Assembly (NCBI GenBank): GCA_964016885.1
Contig: OZ024743.1
Coordinates: 202,926,001-202,990,000 of the forward strand
Direction: 5' to 3'
From: Eledone cirrhosa
Lineage: Eukaryota
DNA: 64,000 nt
Shown: positions 57,013 to 64,000 of the stretch, piece after piece
Layout: each line of letters starts with the position of its first letter
Numbering within the stretch: position 1 is the first letter of the stretch
Position numbers and translations under genes: made by a program
The notes under the pieces: generated by a model
What the model was told of the DNA's origin: nothing
Databases searched by the model: none
The model's input: only the letters and a program-made list of their open reading frames with translations

Positions 57013-59555
57013 TTGTCATTATGTTTAGCATCCTGCTCCCATATTCCTCTCCAGAACGTCTTAGTTTGTTCCGCCTCAGGGATCAAGTCGTTGCCTCTTT
57101 CTTTCCCTTCGAAGATGCTGTTTGGACAGCTTGAAGGGAAAGAAATAGTCAACGACTTGATACCTGAGGCGGAACAAACTAAAACATTCTGGAGAGGGAT
57201 ATGGGAGCAGGATGTTAAACATAATGACCAGGCAGTGTGGATTGAGACAGTACAAAAGGAGATTAGTGAACAGGCACACCAACAAACTGATTTTAGCATC
57301 ACAGTTGAATCTCTTAAGAGGCAGGCCAACAAACTAACCAACTGGAAATCACCAGGCCCAGATGGTGTGCAGGGGTATTGGATTAAATATATAACATCCC
57401 TCCACCCGAAACTGACAACCATGTTCTGTTCAATGACTTCTTGATGTCAGGTGAGGTACCAGAGTGGTTGACAAAAGGTACCACAGTTCTGATAATGAAA
57501 GACCGAATCAAGGGTAATGATGTTACTAACTATAGACATATCACATATCTGTCCGTAATGTGGAAACTGTTGACAAGCATTATGTCTGAGGAAATCTACC
57601 ATCACCTCCACACAAACAACTTGTTATCGGACGAACAGAAAGGATGGCGAAAGAAGTCACGTGGTACAAAGGACAAGTTACTAATTGATAAGATGGTAAT
57701 GAGGAATTGCAGGAGGAGACACACTGGTCTTTCCATGGGATGGATAGACTACAAAAAGGCATTTGACATGGTGCCTCATTCTTTGATCACCAAAAGCCTT
57801 GATATCTTCAAGGTGGCAGATAACATCAGACAGTTGTTGGGCAAAATTATGAAGTCCTGGGAAACAGAGTTAACATCAACTGGAGAATCCTTGGAAAGCG
57901 TGAAGATCAAGAGAGGTATCTTCCAGGGAGATAGTCTGTCCCCTCTGTTGTTTGTCCTTGCTCTGATGCCCCTGACCAGTGTACTGCGAAAATTGAGAGC
58001 AGGATACAGGTTGGGAAAGGGAGGGCTTACCATCAATCACCTCCTTTTCATGGACGACCTTAAGCTCTTCGGGAAGAGTGAGAAGGAGTTGGATGTGCTT
58101 GTTGACACTGTCCGTATTTTCAGCAATGATATATGTATGCAATTTGGTATTAGTAAGTGTGGAGTCATTGTGATGAAGAGGGGTAAATTGAGCAGAAGTA
58201 ACGGAATCCAGGTACCAACAGGTGATATGATAAAGGAAATTGACTCTGAAGAAGGATACAAGTATTTGGGTGCTCTGGAGGCTGATGACATCAAGAACAA
58301 AAAATGAAGGAATTTATAAGAACTGAATACATTCGGAGAATAAGGAGCGTATTAAAGTCACATCTGAACAGTAGGAATGCCATAAGTGCAGTAAATTCCC
58401 AAGCTGTGTCTATTATTAGGTACAGTGCGGGAATTCTGAGATGGAATGTTGCTGAACAAAAAGAAATGGATAGGAAGACTAGGAAGTTATTGACTATCTA
58501 CAACATGTACCCCAAGAGGAGTGATGTCGATAGACTCTACTTAAGGAGATCTGAAGGTGGAAGAGGTCTTATCAGCATAGAGGACTGTGTTCAGATGGAG
58601 AAAAACAACCTACACAAATACGTGACTGATAGTAAGGAGCCAATGCTCAAAATTGTACTGAAGGAGAGGACAATAGACCAGGGGATGTCCAAGGAGGAAA
58701 TAACAACAAGGAGAAAGAGCAGCCTCATGAAAAATCCCTTCATAGTACATTCTTTGAGAAAACTGAATTCAGAGATCCACAGACATGGAACTGGTTGAAA
58801 AGAGGAGACCTTAAAAAGGCTACAGAAAGAATGTTAATGGCTGCGCAAGAGCAGGCCCTCAAACGAAGTGGTTGAAACACCATATTTACAAGGAGGAGGC
58901 TAGCCCACTGTGCAGGATCTGTGGAGAGAGAGAGGAGACTGTGGCTCACATTGTATCCGAGTGTAAACACCTAGCCCAGACTCACTATAAGGGCTGGAGA
59001 CATGATGTGATGGGCAGGGTGATCCACTGGCACCTATGCAAAGTAAACAATTTACCACATTCTGAGAAGTGGTATGAGCATAAGCTAGAGTCGGTGATAG
59101 AAAACGATCAGGTTAAGGTGCTGTGGGATTTTAGGATACAGACGGACTAGAAACTGGAACACAATAGACCTGACCTGGTGGTTTTGGACAAGGAAAAAAG
59201 ATCGTACTTGATTGCGGATGTGGCCTGCCCATTTGACACGATAGTGCAAGAGAAGGAGAGGGAGAAAATTAACCGATACCAGGACTGAAAGTGGGAGGTA
59301 AATAGGATTTGGAACTGCCATGAAGACAAAGTGGTCCCGATTGTCATAGGCGCACTAGGTACTATCTCAAAAAGTTTCCAGGGATGGTTAAAGAAAATTG
59401 GCCGCGCCACGCTTTCTGGAACGCTTCAAAAGGCATGCTTGCTGGGAACAGCAAGAACCCTCCGATACGTCCTGAATATCTGAGGCTGCAGATAGTGACT
59501 TTATATTCATTTCAACAAACTTTCCAGTTAACTAACATCAATGACTGAGACTCAA
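57013..59555 (+). mobile_element. R4/Dong-like family B copy 3 with inverted 5' segment
   Basis: WKSPGPDG, RT ORF 57441-58307, CRIC..ETVAHI..C, RLE with stops; followed by (TAA)n. Confidence 0.93.
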
Positions 59556-59560
59556 ATAAC

Positions 59561-59600
<40 letters not shown>

Positions 59601-59601
<1 letters not shown>

Positions 59602-60272
59602 GCTGATCTCATGCTTGATACCTAAGCTGGACAGCCTAATGAAACTGTTGCAACTTATGCTGCTAGGCACATAAAATCACTGGCAAAAGTAAAAGGACAA
59701 GGACAATTAGCATCAAAGTAGGAGTAGAAACCTCTGCATGGCAAATATGTAGCCCGTAGCAAACAAGCTGATGTTGACCAAAAGCACACCCATCAGTGGC
59801 TACGTAGTTCAGGGCTAAAGGCGGAGAGTGAAGGCTTCATCTTGGCTGACAAGACCAAAGCTTATTGACTCGTAATTACCAGGCCAATGTGATGAAAAAC
59901 GGAATAAACCCAAAGTGCCGATTCTGCAATGCTGAGGTTGAAACAGGGGATCACTTAGTCTCTGGATGTAAGGTTTTAGCACCAGCAGAATACAAATATA
60001 GACCTGACAGAGTTGGCCAATATCTACACTGAGTAATATGTCGACATTACAAATTCAAAGCTGAAGGCAAGAGGCACAATCATCACCCTGAGGCTGTAAC
60101 TGAAGGAGAAAAAGTATCAATTCTCTGGGACTTTCCTGTACATACAAACAGGACCATAAAAGCAAATAGACCTGACATCATTGTAAAAGATCAACATAAC
60201 AAGGTATGTTTATTGATAGATATGAGCATCCCATGTGATCACAATATCCCGGCAAAAGAATTTGACAAGCTG
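59601..60272 (+). mobile_element. R4/Dong-like family C fragment (degraded)
   Basis: Hand translation shows HQWLRSSGLKAESEGFI, CRFC, ILWDFPV, ANRPDII and CLLIDMSIP. Confidence 0.85.
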
Positions 60273-60876
60273 TAATACTGGATTTTACCAACCTTCCAGG
60301 GGTCCGGGTAAATTTTCAATACCCGAATTACTTGATCGTTTTTTTGGCTATGCGAATGATTGTTTAACCATCGTCTCAGTGTGTTTGACCTTTAACGTTT
60401 GTTATAGCTCTGGTTCTTCTGAATCATTGAGCACTTGCCTCACATCTCGGAGGTTGTTTTTCGTTATTTCGTGGGCCGAAATGCGAATCTCGATAATTTA
60501 TGTTTGTTTATATATATTGGAATTTCATATTTCAGAAGAAATACGGTATGTTTAAAATAAACATTTAGAGAGCTGTAGCTATGCCAAAACACCACCGACT
60601 AATGTCGTCTGGTGCAAGGGGGACAATCGTGGATACGCATTTCGAACTGACTTGCTTTTCATCAGCACGATCCATCCCACTCTTGCAACTGCGGGACTTT
60701 GAAAACAGGTGAGAATATATAGTTTACTCGTCTGTGTAAATGAGGTGATTAATCTCATTTGCATATGAAGTTGTATAAGTTGTCTCAACTTATAATAGAA
60801 TAGAATTACAGTTTAGCTTCAGGCATAGTTGTATACAGATATGTATTGGAATTTTGTATTTCAGAAGAAATAAGGT

Positions 60877-60911
<35 letters not shown>

Positions 60912-60978
60912 ATATGTCCCAAGGCTCTGATACCATCAACACCATAAACACAGAGCTGGCATATCTAAGAACTGACTA

Positions 60979-61034
60979 ACTGCCTGATGAGGTCATAGCC
61001 ATTCAATGGCTATCATCGAAATATATATAGCAGT
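60979..61034 (+). ncRNA. Type I hammerhead ribozyme in a ~170-bp insert between (TA)n tracts
   Basis: ACUGC-CUGAUGA-GGUC AUAGCCAU UCA AUGGCUAU CAUC-GAAA-UAUAUA-UA^GCAGU; perfect 5-bp stem I, long stem II, palindromic stem III. Confidence 0.85.
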
Positions 61035-61075
61035 AAATAAAGGATTAGGAGTTCATGCAATTGACTTATGTTTCG

Positions 61076-61114
<39 letters not shown>

Positions 61115-61254
61115 GGTGTATTAATGTATTTTAAAAAGATATCCACCACAGATGTCTCTTGACTGAAAACAGGACAGATGTGCCACAGGCTAGTAAATTG
61201 ATATTAAGATTATTTCTTTATTTTTTGAAATTATCTGGCTGACAGATTATCATT

Positions 61255-61503
61255 TATCTTCTTCAGGGATGCATAATAAACATTTTTTTAAAATAATTGT
61301 TTCTACTTTTGGCACAAGGTCAGCAGTTACCCAGTACATTACTTGTACTTTATTTTATCGACCGCGTAAGAATGAAATGCAAAGTTAACCCTTTGGGGTC
61401 GATCAAATAAAGTAGCAGTAATGTACTGGGTATTTGCTGGCCGTGTGCCAAAAGTAGAATCAATTATTTTTTTTATTTTTATTATACATCCCTGAAGAAG
61501 ATA
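61255..61503. repeat. ~250-bp imperfect palindrome made of two inverted SINE 3' halves plus shared flank
   Basis: 61255-61363 pairs with ~61395-61503. Confidence 0.8.
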
Positions 61504-62094
61504 TGTCATGTACGCCCATACTCCGCGAGTTCGCAGACAACCCCCTCATCTCCTCATTCTAGCATACACAGCTTCATATATAATCACACACACACACCAA
61601 CACACATATATATATGTACATATATAAACTTATATGCATACACATATCTATACATACATACCTATGTAAATATATGCATACATACATGCGATCATAGATA
61701 TGAACATGGAATAACAAGCCAATGGCGGCTTTATCAGTTAGATATATATTTCTTGAATAAAACACGTCGAAGCGCTGATGGCTCTTAATGATATGGGACC
61801 ATACAAACACACACACAAACAACAATAACAAACCCACACACACACACACGCACATATATATATATATATATATATACGTACACACACAAATATATATATA
61901 TATTCATTTATTCATGTGCATAGCTGTATATATATGTGGGTATGTCCGCGTATATCTCCGCCTCTCCCTTTCAAATAGTATCTCTCTCCATCACCCTCTC
62001 TCCCCCCTCTCTTTCTATCTCTTCTCTGTCTGTCTGTCTCTCTTTCTTTCTATCTCACTCTCTCTCTCTCTCTATATATATATATACAATATAT

Positions 62095-62139
<45 letters not shown>

Positions 62140-62999
62140 ACGATCTTTTGATCCGGACAAATTCTAATAGCAATTGGTATAATTACTCATACATCATGCT
62201 CTATGTAACATGTTCGTTACTTGGGCTCGTGTCATCAGGAAGTTTTCTAAGTCATAAAACTAACTTTTGAAACTATGTATATAACAAAAGACAAAGCAAC
62301 CATAACGTCTGTCATTTAGATTATTGGCTGTTATTTGGTAGGATAACATAGCGTCATATCTCTCTGTATATTACTCTATTAGGTGTTCCAGCCGACAGGC
62401 CGAGGCCTTGCAGGGGCACGGCCATTAATGCTACATTTTCTACGGCCAGATTTCCTTGATTGGCCATTAATGCAAAAGAGAGTTGGTTGGTGCCGCTTTT
62501 ATTTGCGTTTCACCTCGCACTGTGGGTTCATCAGGGATCTTAGTTAGCAGAATGTCGAGATGTCTCTTAAAAACATCTACAAGCAAACAATGTACATCTC
62601 CCAGAATTTCTGTCTGCATATGTCCTTTGACACCCAGGCAGCTTGTGGTTCTTTTTTCTTGATGCGACGGATGGGACCTTTGGCATTACACAGTGACATC
62701 CTATTCGTGGGCTGGTCCTGCCTTCAATGCCGAAGTTTAGTACTAACTCTACCAGGATCTTCCATGCGTAAGTCACTGCGTATATCTCCTAGCAGTAAAG
62801 CTTTCTTTTTGTCAACCTCTTCCAGGTCATTTCTTTCAATGAGGAACCCGCTGGGTGTAGCTTCGTTAGGTTACTTCAAGTTCGGAGAGCAATAGTCCAG
62901 TCGACTGATGTCGAAAGTGCCCCAGACGACCAACATGCACATTGCTGCCATTTTGACGTCTGCCTGAAACGGGGCATCATCGCTCATGTCAACACCAGG

Positions 63000-63600
63000 C
63001 CCCATATTGATTTTGACTTGGGGATTTCGATTCCTCCAGTTCTTGTGTACCGTTGCAGTGGTTTTGCTGTGTTTGTGGATTGATAGTGTAGTGCTGGAAA
63101 CTTAACTACATTAAATTGCTTATTGTAGTCTTCAGCCCATTCGTATAGAGCATTGAAATCTTATTGTATGAGAGTAACATCACCCGGTTTCTTGATTCCA
63201 GTGCGATTTTCGTGACATCATCATAGCTTTTGAGTGAGGCTGTCCGTAATTCAGAGGGCATGTCTGAGAGAGCCACCACGAACAATAGTGGTCCCAAGAC
63301 AGTTCCCTACGGCATGCCGCTTTTTATTGACGTTTCCTTTGAGAAGATCCCGTTGGCTGCAACAGTTCTGATTCTGTCTTTTAAGAAGTCGAGACATCAT
63401 TCACCTAGTTTTCAAGCTATGCCAAATATATGTAGTTTGTAACATATCATTCCAAGATCGACCATAATGAAAGACTTCGCAAAGTCGAGATATATCACAT
63501 CCATCTTTTATCGGTCTTGCAGCTGTTTGAACATCTAGTCATAATGCTGCAAGAGCTGCGCAAGACAACTCCTACCCGGCCGAAAGTCATGCTGGGTGTC
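63000..63600 (-). pseudogene. Degraded CR1/Jockey-group LINE reverse transcriptase fragment
   Basis: HDFRPGRSCLAQLL, DVIYLDFAK, GMP*GTVLGPLLF, SYDDVTK. Confidence 0.8.
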
Positions 63601-63758
63601 AGGTGAAAAAGAAATCAGTTTCAATCTGATGATTCGTACTATGATATTGCCGAAACCACCTGGCGCCATGGTCGGTATTTTGCATATGACGACTCCTCAT
63701 CTTCCCATGTATAGAATACTCTCATGGTTATTGGTTTCCCCGGCATGTGCACTGTAGA

Positions 63759-63844
<86 letters not shown>

Positions 63845-63847
<3 letters not shown>

Positions 63848-64000
63848 TATGTACACGTACATACATATATGTATACAGATATACATACATGCACACATAT
63901 ATATATGTACGTATGGATTCACCGAACATTTATAACACACCAAGCATTATAATAAATGTTCGGTGAATCCATACGCACATATATATATATGTGTGCATGT
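63845..64000. repeat. Start of a third locus of the HHR tandem family (inverted/direct junction), runs off the window
   Basis: accgaacatttataa...gcattataataaatgttcggt...tgtgtgcatgt matches 50540-50595. Confidence 0.75.

Noticed and set aside
62190-62243. CUGAUGA on the minus strand near a TA tract
   Set aside because: No GAAA or consistent stems follow.
63623-63676. CUGAUGA...GAAA-CCA...UGG-UC motif
   Set aside because: Stem III forms but stems I and II do not convincingly pair; possibly a decayed HHR.

Overview
AT-rich, microsatellite-saturated eukaryotic DNA with no host protein-coding gene that I can support. The tRNA-derived SINE family and repeat landscape suggest a cephalopod (octopus-like) genome; this is inference. 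Most listed ORFs are artefacts of (TA)n, (TG)n and (TAA)n tracts. The real content is transposable elements: (1) a full-length, frameshifted Ty3/Gypsy LTR element with a CsRn1-like CHCC Gag (37234-43171, minus); (2) a head-to-tail cluster of six R4/Dong-like RLE non-LTR elements in (TAA)n (51573-60272); (3) three Penelope-like element (PLE) remnants with RT and/or GIY-YIG; (4) Nin/Deu-core SINEs, non-autonomous Helitron-like elements and a CR1-group LINE relic. The main signal not shown by the ORF track is about 21 type I hammerhead ribozyme (HHR) motifs, folded by hand, from roughly ten unrelated sequence families on both strands. Most have palindromic stem/loop III, several carry the U3-A8 core covariant, and related copies show compensatory stem changes. 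Six lie in a non-coding ~440-550 bp tandem family (HHR-bearing arrays at 1060-2762 and 49775-51165; a third locus starts at 63845) that resembles a retrozyme or non-autonomous PLE. Nearly all are inserted in (TA)n, often with an inverted copy of their own 3' end. No ribozyme activity is shown; all folds are manual.
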